The translations under genes and the position numbers were made by a program. From an uncultured Acidobacteriota bacterium (GTDB lineage: Bacteria > Acidobacteriota > Vicinamibacteria > Vicinamibacterales > CAVVIG01), in the NCBI GenBank assembly GCA_963712905.1, contig CAVQJU010000014.1:49261-113260 (forward strand): DNA of 64,000 nucleotides. Reading direction: 5' to 3'. Shown in pieces: positions 1-8,227 of this stretch. Each line of letters starts with the position of its first letter. Position 1 is the first letter of the stretch. The notes below the pieces were generated by a model, which ran no database searches, was not told the origin of the DNA, and was given only the letters and a program-made list of their open reading frames with translations.

Positions 1-1
1 G

Positions 2-319
2 AGGGCGGTGTTGCCCGAGATCCGGCGGCCGCTCACGCTAGAGTCGTACCTGGACGACCCGGCGGCCGCCCTCATGCTGATGCTCGTCGAGCCCGGCGCC
101 CACGCGGAGGTCGAGCCGCTGTCCGTCCTCCGCGATCAACCGGTGCCTCAAGATGCAGCGATTCTGATCGGGCCCGAGGGCGGCTGGGTGGAGGCCGAGT
201 GGGCGGCCGCGCAAGCCCGGGGCGCGCGGCTCGTGAGCCTCGGCCGCCGGACGCTCAGGGCCGATGCCGCGCCCGTGGCCGCGATCAGCGTGCTGCAGTT
301 CTTGTGGGGAGACTTATAG
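2..319 (+). CDS. rsmE: 16S rRNA methyltransferase RsmE, C-terminal fragment (5' end outside window)
   Basis: ORF 8..319 with the frame open to the window edge. ILIGPEGGW motif and RTLRADAAPVAAISVLQ tail are typical of RsmE. Confidence 0.7.
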   Translation, partial: RAVLPEIRRPLTLESYLDDPAAALMLMLVEPGAHAEVEPLSVLRDQPVPQDAAILIGPEGGWVEAEWAAAQARGARLVSLGRRTLRADAAPVAAISVLQFLWGDL

Positions 320-332
320 GACTTGAACCGTT

Positions 333-2162
333 TTATCTCTTCACTTTGAAATTCTGCGTCTTGACGTCGCCGTCGGTCAGCGTGACGCGGGTCGCGCCCT
401 GGCGGTGGGCGTCGAGGTAGGCGGGCTCGAACCACTCGCCCTGCTCGGCTGGATCGACTGTCGTCATGAAGTACTCGCCGGCCGGCAGGCCGCGAATCTT
501 GAACGTGCCCGTCTGGTCGGGCCGCGCCGTCATGATTTGCCGCGATTGCGCACGCCACAGCGAAGCGTCGGTTGAAAACGCGAGCACCGTGAACTCGGTC
601 ACCGGGACGCTCTGGTCGTCGGTGACGCTGCCGTTGATTTCCGTCAGCCGGTCGGTGAAGGTGAGCGTCACGTTGCTGATCCGCTGACCGCTCTTCACCT
701 CGACCGGCGTGTCCGTGATGTCGCGTCCGTCGAGCACGACAGACTTGAGCGTCCAGCCGCGGAGCGCGCCGCCGCCGTTCGGCCGAATCAGGTGCGGTCC
801 GGCGGGCACGCCGTCCAGGGTGAACGCGCCGGTCTTGTCCACGCGGGCATTCGGATTAGGCCCCAGGTCCGACACCTCGGTGGACGGCGCGGCGACGCGG
901 ATCTGCGTCAGGTCCCCCGGCACCGACGCCTGCGTGGGCTCGAAGAGAATCGTTCCCGTCACGGTCCCGCCCGACGCCAGCATCACCGAGACGTTCGTGA
1001 GATCGCCGCCGGCGACGGCGAGCGGCTGGGACGCCGAGAGCGGGACCTCGCTGTCGTTGCTGCGGGCCCGCAGCGTGTACCGGCCCGGCGGCACGTTGTT
1101 GAGGGTGAAGCTGCCGTCCCAGTCGATGCGCGACCCGAAGCTCGTGCCGAGGTTGCCGCGGCCGCCGGCGGCGCCTTCCGGCGTGAGGTTCACGTTTCCG
1201 CCGCTCGGCCGCGTGCCGTCCGGGTTGTTCACGCGCCCGCTGATCCGTGACGCGCGCACCAGCTGCAGGCTGAAGTCGATGTCCGGGACCTCCTGGCTCA
1301 CGCCGACGGTGACGGACCGCGCTTCGTTGATCGATGCAACGCCCGGAAAATACGTCGGCGCGTACGACAGCCGATCCTGATCGTCGCCCTGCCCGCCGAT
1401 GAGCGCCGCGACGTTGCCGCCGAGCAGGCTGCCCACCGCGTTGGCGATGCCGGCAGCGGCCGGTCCTCCCCGGCCCGGGGCGCCCCGCCCGCCGCCGCCG
1501 ATGCCGATGTCGATCCGCGTGACGGCGCTCACGTAGTAGTCGCCGGGGTTCAGGCCCCAGACGCGGTAAGCGCCCTTGTCGTCGGTCTGCGCCGTGCCCG
1601 CCGGGACCAGCCGGCGCTCGCCCTGCTGGTACTGGTACCGCATCACGCGCACCATCGCGCCGGGCATGGCGTCGCCGTCCTCGTCGAAGACGTGGCCCGC
1701 GAGCACGCCGCCGCGCGGAAGCCGGAAGTCGATGCCCCGCAGCTGCTGGCCATCTGCCAGTTGCAGGGGAGTGCCCGCCTGCAGCGGCCGCCGCTGGCCG
1801 TACGAGAGGCCGATGAAACCGCTTTTCGACGCGGTGAGGGTGTAGCGGCCGGCGGGGAGCTCCGCGAAGTCGAACGTACCGCTGTCGTCGGTCAGCACTC
1901 CGCGCCCGCCCGGCAGCTCCGCCGCGGTGATGAAGACGCGCGCGCGCTTGACCGGGCGCCCGTTGTCAGCCGCCAGTACTCGTCCCGACAGACGCCCTGC
2001 CAGGGCCGGCGCGTTCTGCTGGGCCGGCGTATCGCGGGCCGGCTGCTGGGCGCCCCGCGAACCCGACTGGCCCGGCTGCGCCGTCCCGGTCTGCGGGGCC
2101 TGCGCGGCCAGAACGGCCACACTCGCGGCGATCGTCAAGACAATAGGTATCGTGCGGCGCAT
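333..2162 (-). CDS. secreted carboxypeptidase-regulatory-like (CarboxypepD_reg) repeat protein
   Basis: 609-aa ORF with an N-terminal signal peptide (IVLTIAASVAVLAAQA). Repeated G-R-V..-G-.P-V..A-V modules such as LSGRVLAADNGRPVKRARVFI and ISGRVNNPDGTRPSGGNV. Confidence 0.6.
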   Translation of the reverse strand: MRRTIPIVLTIAASVAVLAAQAPQTGTAQPGQSGSRGAQQPARDTPAQQNAPALAGRLSGRVLAADNGRPVKRARVFITAAELPGGRGVLTDDSGTFDFAELPAGRYTLTASKSGFIGLSYGQRRPLQAGTPLQLADGQQLRGIDFRLPRGGVLAGHVFDEDGDAMPGAMVRVMRYQYQQGERRLVPAGTAQTDDKGAYRVWGLNPGDYYVSAVTRIDIGIGGGGRGAPGRGGPAAAGIANAVGSLLGGNVAALIGGQGDDQDRLSYAPTYFPGVASINEARSVTVGVSQEVPDIDFSLQLVRASRISGRVNNPDGTRPSGGNVNLTPEGAAGGRGNLGTSFGSRIDWDGSFTLNNVPPGRYTLRARSNDSEVPLSASQPLAVAGGDLTNVSVMLASGGTVTGTILFEPTQASVPGDLTQIRVAAPSTEVSDLGPNPNARVDKTGAFTLDGVPAGPHLIRPNGGGALRGWTLKSVVLDGRDITDTPVEVKSGQRISNVTLTFTDRLTEINGSVTDDQSVPVTEFTVLAFSTDASLWRAQSRQIMTARPDQTGTFKIRGLPAGEYFMTTVDPAEQGEWFEPAYLDAHRQGATRVTLTDGDVKTQNFKVKR

Positions 2163-2164
2163 TT

Positions 2165-2199
2165 CCCCAGCCCCCAGCCTCTAGCCCCTAGCCTCTAAC
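2165..2199. repeat. heptamer tandem array (CCCCAGC/CTCTAGC type, 5 units)
   Basis: Reads ccccagc ccccagc ctctagc ccctagc ctctaac. It overlaps the last codons and stop of prmA and is the reverse complement of the unit type at 14365..14406. Confidence 0.8.
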
Positions 2200-3023
2200 C
2201 CATTAGACAGTCTTCGGGCCGTAAAGGTTATCCAGCCGTCTTCCGCCGCCTCGGCTTCGAGCTCGAGGCCGGTAAACGCCCGCCAGACCTCGTCACGCTC
2301 ATGAACTTGCAGGCCGCTCATGATCAGCACTCCTCCGGGTTTCAGGGCCTGACGCAACCGGGCCGCCGCGCGGATCAGCAGGCCGCCGGTCAGGTTCGCA
2401 GTCACCACGTCAGCCACCGGCACCTCCATCGTCATCAGGTCGCCGACGACGAACAGGATACGTCCTGCGGGCAAGCCCGGATTGAGCGCCAGGCTCTCGA
2501 CGGCCGACTGAATGGCGTCCTGGTCGTCGTCAACCCCGAGGGCGTGCGCGGCGCCAAGGTGCACGGCGGCCATCGCCAGCACGCCGGATCCCGTCCCGAG
2601 GTCGAGCACCTCCGCGTCGGTGAGATCGATCTCCTGCAAAGCCGCGAGGCACAACCGGGTAGTCGCGTGGTGGCCCGTGCCGAAACCCATCGAGGGCGCG
2701 ATCACGATAGTGGCCGGCGGACGGTCGCCGGTCGCCTGTGCGTACCAAGGGGGCGCGACCACGATGCGGCCCACGGAGATTGGCGTCAGGTTTTCCTGGG
2801 ACCGGCGAGCCCAGTCTTCGTCTTCGACGTCGACGGGTGAGACACGGAGAAACGGCCGAAGCGCGTTGGCGGCCTGGTCCCGGTCGTTGGCGTTGGTGAA
2901 GAAGAAGCGGAGGCCGCCCTCGATTTCCTGGACCGCCGCGGGCGCGTAGTCGTCGGCGATGAAAAACCCGCGTTCGTCCTGGCTGTCTCCGTAGACGTCG
3001 AGCGCGGGCCAGCGCTTATCCAA
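2181..3023 (-). CDS. prmA: ribosomal protein L11 methyltransferase PrmA
   Basis: Motifs [21 protein letters not shown] and [15 protein letters not shown] (SAM site). In-frame TTG at 3023 overlaps the dnaJ stop. The upstream part of the 378-aa track ORF overlaps dnaJ out of frame and is rejected. Confidence 0.85.
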   Translation of the reverse strand: MDKRWPALDVYGDSQDERGFFIADDYAPAAVQEIEGGLRFFFTNANDRDQAANALRPFLRVSPVDVEDEDWARRSQENLTPISVGRIVVAPPWYAQATGDRPPATIVIAPSMGFGTGHHATTRLCLAALQEIDLTDAEVLDLGTGSGVLAMAAVHLGAAHALGVDDDQDAIQSAVESLALNPGLPAGRILFVVGDLMTMEVPVADVVTANLTGGLLIRAAARLRQALKPGGVLIMSGLQVHERDEVWRAFTGLELEAEAAEDGWITFTARRLSNGLEARG

Positions 3024-4161
3024 ACATGTCCTTGACGCGATCGAACAGGTTGCGCTCGTCCTGTTCTTCGTGCCGCTTGCGCGGCTCGAACTTTTCGGCC
3101 GGCAGCATCTTGGCGAGCTGTTCGAGCGCGTGGCGCTGGTCCTTGCTGAGTTTCTTCGGCGTCCGCACCTGCACGGTCGCGAAGAGATCGCCCTTCCCGC
3201 GTCCGTTGACGTCCGGCATGCCCTTGCCGCGCAGGCGCAGCGTCGTGCCGGTCGCCGTTCCCTCGGGCACTTTGATTGCCTCGGTGCCTTCGAGCGTCGG
3301 CACCTGGATTTCGCCACCGAGCGCGACAGTCGTGAAGTTGACCGGGATCTCGCAGAACAGGTTCAGGCCGTCGCGCCGGAAGAATTCGTGTTCCTGCACG
3401 TGGATGACGACGTAGAGGTTGCCGGCGGGCGCACCGCCCGTGCCCCCTTCGCCTTCGCCCTGAAGCCGCAGCTGCTGGCCGGTCGCGATGCCGGCCGGAA
3501 TCTTCACCGTGATCTTGCGCTGCTTCGGCACCTGGCCCGCGCCCTTGCACGTCTGGCACGGCTTGGCGATCGTGCGGCCGGTGCCGCGGCACTGCGGGCA
3601 CGTACGGGCCACGGTGAAGAACCCCTGCTGGAACCGCACCTGTCCCTGGCCCCGGCACTGGTTGCAGACAACGGGCGAGGACCCCGGCGCTGCTCCCGTA
3701 CCCGTGCACGTTTCGCAGGCCTCCTGCCGCGGAATCTGGACGTTCGTCTCGGTGCCCCTGGCCGATTCCTCGAAGGAGATCTCGAGGTCGTAGCGCAGAT
3801 CGCCGCCGCGTTGCGGGCCGCCGCGGCGCCGTCCCCCGCCCAGGATGTCGCCGAAGCCGAAGATGTCGCCGAGCCCGCCGAGGATGTCGCCGAAGTCCGC
3901 GAAGATGGTGGGATCGACGCCCGCGCTGCCGGCGTTTCCGACGGCGGCGTGGCCGAACCTGTCGTAGGCCGCACGCTTGTCCGGGTCGGCGAGGATGGCG
4001 TACGCCTCGGCGCATTCCTTGAAGCGTTCTTCGGCCGCCTTGTCGCCGGGGTTGCGGTCCGGGTGGTACTTGAGCGCCAGCTTGCGGTACGCGCTCTTCA
4101 TCTCGATCTCGGTGACCGTCCGCGAGACGCCGAGCACCTCGTAGTAGTCGCGCTTGCTCAC
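3016..4161 (-). CDS. dnaJ: molecular chaperone DnaJ
   Basis: J-domain DYYEVLGV...KYHPDRN, G/F-rich region and four CxxCxGxG zinc-finger repeats. Confidence 0.95.
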   Translation of the reverse strand: MSKRDYYEVLGVSRTVTEIEMKSAYRKLALKYHPDRNPGDKAAEERFKECAEAYAILADPDKRAAYDRFGHAAVGNAGSAGVDPTIFADFGDILGGLGDIFGFGDILGGGRRRGGPQRGGDLRYDLEISFEESARGTETNVQIPRQEACETCTGTGAAPGSSPVVCNQCRGQGQVRFQQGFFTVARTCPQCRGTGRTIAKPCQTCKGAGQVPKQRKITVKIPAGIATGQQLRLQGEGEGGTGGAPAGNLYVVIHVQEHEFFRRDGLNLFCEIPVNFTTVALGGEIQVPTLEGTEAIKVPEGTATGTTLRLRGKGMPDVNGRGKGDLFATVQVRTPKKLSKDQRHALEQLAKMLPAEKFEPRKRHEEQDERNLFDRVKDMFG

Positions 4162-4679
4162 GCTTTGGCCACCTTCACCATGGCGGGCCTGAGCAGCCGA
4201 TCGCCCAGCATGTAGCCCTTCTGCAGTTCGCCGATGACTTCACCTTCGCGATGGTCGGGGCTCGACTCGTGCACGACCGCCTGGTGAATGTTCGGGTCGA
4301 AGTCGGCGCCGAGGGACTCGAACGCCTTCACGCCCCGCTTGCGCAGCAGATCGGTCAGCTTCTGGTAGATGAGCTCGACGCCCTTCCGGTAGGCGTCGGC
4401 TCCGCCGCCGGCCTCGACCGTCAGCGCGCGATCGAAATCGTCGACGATGAGCAGCACGTCCTGCAGGACGCTGACGACCGCCTGGTCGGACTGCTCGCGG
4501 CGCTCGCGTTCGATCCGCTTGCGGTAATTGTCGAATTCGGCCGTCTTGCGCATCCACCGGTCGTGGAAATCGTCGCGTTCGCGGCGAATTTCGTCGATGG
4601 GATCGGCGGCGGGCGCCTCGGATGGATCGGTTGCCGCCGGCGAGGTTTCCGCCGGATCCGGCACGTGTTTGTCAGTCAT
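4158..4679 (-). CDS. grpE: nucleotide exchange factor GrpE
   Basis: 173 aa with GrpE-like core ([36 protein letters not shown]). 4-nt overlap with the dnaJ start. Confidence 0.9.
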   Translation of the reverse strand: MTDKHVPDPAETSPAATDPSEAPAADPIDEIRRERDDFHDRWMRKTAEFDNYRKRIERERREQSDQAVVSVLQDVLLIVDDFDRALTVEAGGGADAYRKGVELIYQKLTDLLRKRGVKAFESLGADFDPNIHQAVVHESSPDHREGEVIGELQKGYMLGDRLLRPAMVKVAKA

Positions 4680-4739
4680 ACGTTCTAGTGGTGCCGCGAC
4701 AACGGAGCGGCCGGAAGTGACCTCGGGAGCAACATACCG

Positions 4740-5786
4740 CTAGTTGGGGTCGCGCAGAACGCGCGACACGGCCTGCGCGGCGCCGTCCACCACATCGATG
4801 GCGCGGGGATACCGCATGCGCGTCGGTCCGATCACGCCCACCGTGCCAATCGCCATCCCGTCGCCGTACGTCGAGATGATCAGGCTGAACGACCGGAGGT
4901 TCGGATCCAGATGCTCCGCGCCGATGACGACGGTCAGGCCGGGGCCGTCAATGTACTCGTTCAACAGGTGGACCAGCCGCTGTTTCTCTTCCATCATCTG
5001 CAGCAGCGTCTGCAGCGTGCCGAGCGTGAGGCCGTGCGTCTCCTCGAGGAGCGACGCGGCGCCGTCGACGTAGATGGTTCCTCCTCTGGGAAGATCCGTG
5101 AACGTCGACGATGCCAGGCGCATCGCCCGTGCCAGCAGCTCGTCGTACAGCATGCGCTCTTCGTTGATCCGCTCGCGCACCGCCTCGCGGGCGCGGGCGA
5201 GCGGCAGCCCCGAAAACTCCCGGTTCAGGTAGTTGGCCGCCTCGCGCAGGTCGTCGGCGCCGAGCGGCTCCGCGATCTCGATGACTTTCTGGATGACGTG
5301 GCCGCCGCGGGCGACGATCACCACGAGCACCCGCGACGTGCTGAGCGGGACGAATTCGACGCGGTCGAACACGGCGCCTTCCTGCGCCGGCTGCAGGACG
5401 AACCCGATGTGGCCCGACGCCTGCGAGACCAGGTGCGAGACGCCGGGCAGCATCGAATCGGGCAGGCGACCCGCATGGTCGCGGCGCAGCCGCGCCTCGA
5501 CGGCGTGGGCCGTCCGGCTCGACCGCTTCGAGTCGAGCAGCAGATCGACGTAGAAGCGATACCCGCGATCCGTCGGAATGCGCCCGGCCGATGTGTGCGG
5601 CTGCTGGACGAACCCTTCGTCCTCGAGGCGCGCCAGAATGTTGCGGACGGTGGCGGAGGACACCCCGAGGCCGGCCGCCGTGACGAGCACGGAAGACGCC
5701 ACGGGTTCGCCCGACGCGATGTATTCGCGTACGAGCGCCGCGAGGACACGTTTGGCGCGGTCGTTGGGCTCAACAGGCATTAGCAC
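4740..5786 (-). CDS. hrcA: heat-inducible transcription repressor HrcA
   Basis: 348 aa with a winged-helix N-terminus (RAKRVLAALVREYIASGEPVASS). Lies upstream of grpE-dnaJ with a CIRCE at its start. Start is GTG 5786 or ATG 5780. Confidence 0.9.
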   Translation of the reverse strand: MLMPVEPNDRAKRVLAALVREYIASGEPVASSVLVTAAGLGVSSATVRNILARLEDEGFVQQPHTSAGRIPTDRGYRFYVDLLLDSKRSSRTAHAVEARLRRDHAGRLPDSMLPGVSHLVSQASGHIGFVLQPAQEGAVFDRVEFVPLSTSRVLVVIVARGGHVIQKVIEIAEPLGADDLREAANYLNREFSGLPLARAREAVRERINEERMLYDELLARAMRLASSTFTDLPRGGTIYVDGAASLLEETHGLTLGTLQTLLQMMEEKQRLVHLLNEYIDGPGLTVVIGAEHLDPNLRSFSLIISTYGDGMAIGTVGVIGPTRMRYPRAIDVVDGAAQAVSRVLRDPN

Positions 5787-5806
5787 TCGCGCTTAGAGAC
5801 TGCCAA
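5780..5806 (-). promoter_or_regulatory. CIRCE operator (HrcA binding site)
   Basis: TTAGCACTC-N9-GACTGCCAA compared with consensus TTAGCACTC-N9-GAGTGCTAA: one perfect arm and 7/9 in the other. It overlaps the hrcA start codon. Confidence 0.75.
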
Positions 5807-5810
5807 AACA

Positions 5811-7139
5811 TTATACACCGGCGCGCGCCGAGAGCTCCCGCGCCGCCGCGCGCGCCTCCGCCATGATGGCCGCGGCGTCGGTCCGCACCGGCTCGCCATC
5901 GCGCACCAGCACCTCGCCGTCGACGATTGTCGCGCGCACGTCGGCCGCCCGCGCGGCGTAGACGATGGTCGAGTAGGGGTCCGGGCCCGGCACGAGGTGC
6001 GGCTGCTCGCTGTCGATGACGATCACATCCGCCCGCTTGCCGGTTTCGATCGAGCCGATGTCTCCGTCGAGGCCCAGCGTGCGCGCGCCGGCGCGTGTCG
6101 CCATCACGAGCGCGTCGCGCGCCGTCAGCACGCCCGGACGGCCCGTCGCCGACTGCAGCAGCGCGGCCAGGCGCATCTCGGTGAACATGTCGAGGTGGTT
6201 GTTGCAGGCGGCGCCGTCGGCGCCGAGCGAGACGTTGATGCCGCGCGCCCGCATCGCGGCGACCGGCGCGATGCCGGAGCCCAGTTTCAGGTTCGAGCTC
6301 GGGCAGTGCAGGACGTTGACTCCGTGCTCGGCAAGCAGCCCCTGCTCGCGCTCGTCCACCCACACGCAGTGCGCGCAGCACAGGCGCGGCGACGCCAGCC
6401 GCAGGCTCGCGAGGTACTCGATGTTCGACACACCGCCCGACAGCTGCCGCACTATCGCGATCTCGTCGAGCGATTCGGAAGCGTGCGTGTGCACGAGGCT
6501 CTGGTGCGCGTCCGACAGGCTGGCCACGGCCTCGAGCAGCGCGGGCGAGCACGAGACGGCGAAGCGTGGCGCGAACGCGGCGCGCAGCCGCCCCTGCGCG
6601 GCCCCATCCCACCGTTTGGCGAGCGCCACGCTCTCGTCGATGGACGCGTTAGTCTGTTCGCGCATCCTCGCGGGGACCTCGTCGCCGGAGTCCATCATGC
6701 ACTTGCCGATGGTCGCGCGGATGCCCGCCTCGGCCGCGGCCTCGAACACGACGTCGGTCTCATGCACCGTCTCCATCGTCAGCACGGTCGTGGTGCCGGA
6801 GGCGAGCAGCTCCGAAATGCCGAGCCGCGCGGCCGCACGAAGCGTGGACGGTGTGTGCGCCGCTTCCATCGGCCAGATGCGCGTGCGCACCCAGTCCATC
6901 AGGGTCAGGTCGTCGGCATAGCCGCGAAACAGCGTCTGGCACAGGTGCACGTGCGTCTGCACGAAACCGGGGAGGACCCAGCCGCCGTGCGCGTCGAGGA
7001 TCGTGTCGTGGGGAGCCGCGGTGACGCCGGGGCCGATCGCGGCAATCCGGCCATCGCGAATCGAGACATCGCCCTGCACGATGTCGAACGCGTCGTTCAT
7101 CGTGACCACGACGCCGCCGCGAATGAGGAGGGAGGACAT
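5811..7139 (-). CDS. amidohydrolase-family deaminase (MTA/SAH deaminase or guanine deaminase-like)
   Basis: 442 aa with HVHLCQTLFRGYADDL metal-binding HxH region, HASES and a C-terminal D in GSIETGKRADVIVID. Typical of the TRZ/ATZ-MtaD family. Confidence 0.7.
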   Translation of the reverse strand: MSSLLIRGGVVVTMNDAFDIVQGDVSIRDGRIAAIGPGVTAAPHDTILDAHGGWVLPGFVQTHVHLCQTLFRGYADDLTLMDWVRTRIWPMEAAHTPSTLRAAARLGISELLASGTTTVLTMETVHETDVVFEAAAEAGIRATIGKCMMDSGDEVPARMREQTNASIDESVALAKRWDGAAQGRLRAAFAPRFAVSCSPALLEAVASLSDAHQSLVHTHASESLDEIAIVRQLSGGVSNIEYLASLRLASPRLCCAHCVWVDEREQGLLAEHGVNVLHCPSSNLKLGSGIAPVAAMRARGINVSLGADGAACNNHLDMFTEMRLAALLQSATGRPGVLTARDALVMATRAGARTLGLDGDIGSIETGKRADVIVIDSEQPHLVPGPDPYSTIVYAARAADVRATIVDGEVLVRDGEPVRTDAAAIMAEARAAARELSARAGV

Positions 7140-7143
7140 CTAC

Positions 7144-7217
7144 ATCACGAAGCCACAAAGGCCAGAAGAAGACCACGAGAGGCTAGACCTTCTTCGTGTG
7201 CTTCGTGTCTTCGTGAT
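7144..7217. repeat. CACGAAG-heptad inverted repeat (imperfect hairpin)
   Basis: Left arm atcacgaagccacaaaggccagaagaag and right arm cttcttcgtgtgcttcgtgtcttcgtg. Same family as 18938..19004, 21509..21539 with 21955..21982, and 60344..60379. Confidence 0.75.
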
Positions 7218-8060
7218 TCATTCTTTGGCAACCAGCTTCGGTGGTTCCCATTTCATCGATCGGCTGCCGCCGTCCCTGGCGAGGGCCTTGCCGTGTTTGA
7301 CGGCGATCAGCTCGGCGAGGATGCTGACGGCGATTTCCTGGGGCGTGACAGCCCCGATGTCCAGGCCGATGGGGGCGTGGACGTGGGTGAGGGCTTCGGG
7401 CGCCATCTGGTCGGCGAGCAGCTGATCGTAAATGCGCGCCACTTTGGCGCGGCTGCCGATGAGGCCGAGGTAGCGCAGCTCGCGTGGCGCCAGCGCCCGC
7501 AGCGCCTCGAGGTCGTTCGTATGGCCCCGCGTGACGATGACCGCGTAGGCGTGGGCGGGAAGCTGGGTGCGGCCGATCCAGGCCGGGATGTCTTCCACGA
7601 CGATCTCGACGGCGTCCGGAAACCGCTCGCGGTTCGCGAACTTCTCGCGATCGTCCACGACGTGGACCCGGAATCCGACTTCGTGGGCGACGCGCGCCAG
7701 GTGAAAGCCGACGTGGCCGGCGCCGACGACGTAGAGTTCGGGCGAGGGCTCGATTGGCTCGATGTACACGTCCATCTGTCCACCACAGATCAGCCCGGTT
7801 TCCTGGGCGAAGTCATCGTCCAGCTCGTAGTGGACGAGCTCGGGACGCCGGCTGGTGATGGCCTCGCGAGCTTTCCAGAACGCGTCGTTCTCGTAGCACC
7901 CGCCGCCAATCGTGCCGACGATGCGGCCGTCGGCGAAGACCAGCATCTTGGCGCCCACGCGCTGCGGCGTCGAGCCGCGCGCGGCCACGATCGTCACAAG
8001 GGCAGCCGGCTCGCCCCGTTCGAGCGCCCCGGCGACGGCCGCGAAGACCTCTTGATTCAC
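7218..8060 (-). CDS. XdhC/CoxI-family accessory protein
   Basis: N-terminal XdhC_CoxI segment (LVTIVAARGSTPQRVGAKMLV...GTIGGGC) and Rossmann part (LYVVGAGHVGFHLARVAHEVGFRVHVVDDRE). Confidence 0.75.
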   Translation of the reverse strand: MNQEVFAAVAGALERGEPAALVTIVAARGSTPQRVGAKMLVFADGRIVGTIGGGCYENDAFWKAREAITSRRPELVHYELDDDFAQETGLICGGQMDVYIEPIEPSPELYVVGAGHVGFHLARVAHEVGFRVHVVDDREKFANRERFPDAVEIVVEDIPAWIGRTQLPAHAYAVIVTRGHTNDLEALRALAPRELRYLGLIGSRAKVARIYDQLLADQMAPEALTHVHAPIGLDIGAVTPQEIAVSILAELIAVKHGKALARDGGSRSMKWEPPKLVAKE

Positions 8061-8075
8061 TGTTGCGATTATACG

Positions 8076-8225
8076 GGGGCTGGTGGGTCAGGTGGGGCTG
8101 GAGGGTCAGGTAGGTCGGGTGGGTCGGGTAGGTCGGGTAGGGAAGGACAGCGTTTGCCTACTTGCCTCGCGTCTCAGCTGACCCACCCGACCTACCCGAC
8201 TTGCCCGGCCTACCCGACCCGCCCG
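8076..8225. repeat. inverted arrays of 9-nt tandem units ((A/G)GGTCGGGT)
   Basis: Left array aggtcgggt gggtcgggt aggtcgggt, right array acccacccg acctacccg acttgcccg gcctacccg acccgcccg. Together they could form a long imperfect hairpin between the PBP1A stop and the xdhC start. Confidence 0.8.
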
Positions 8226-8227
8226 TG

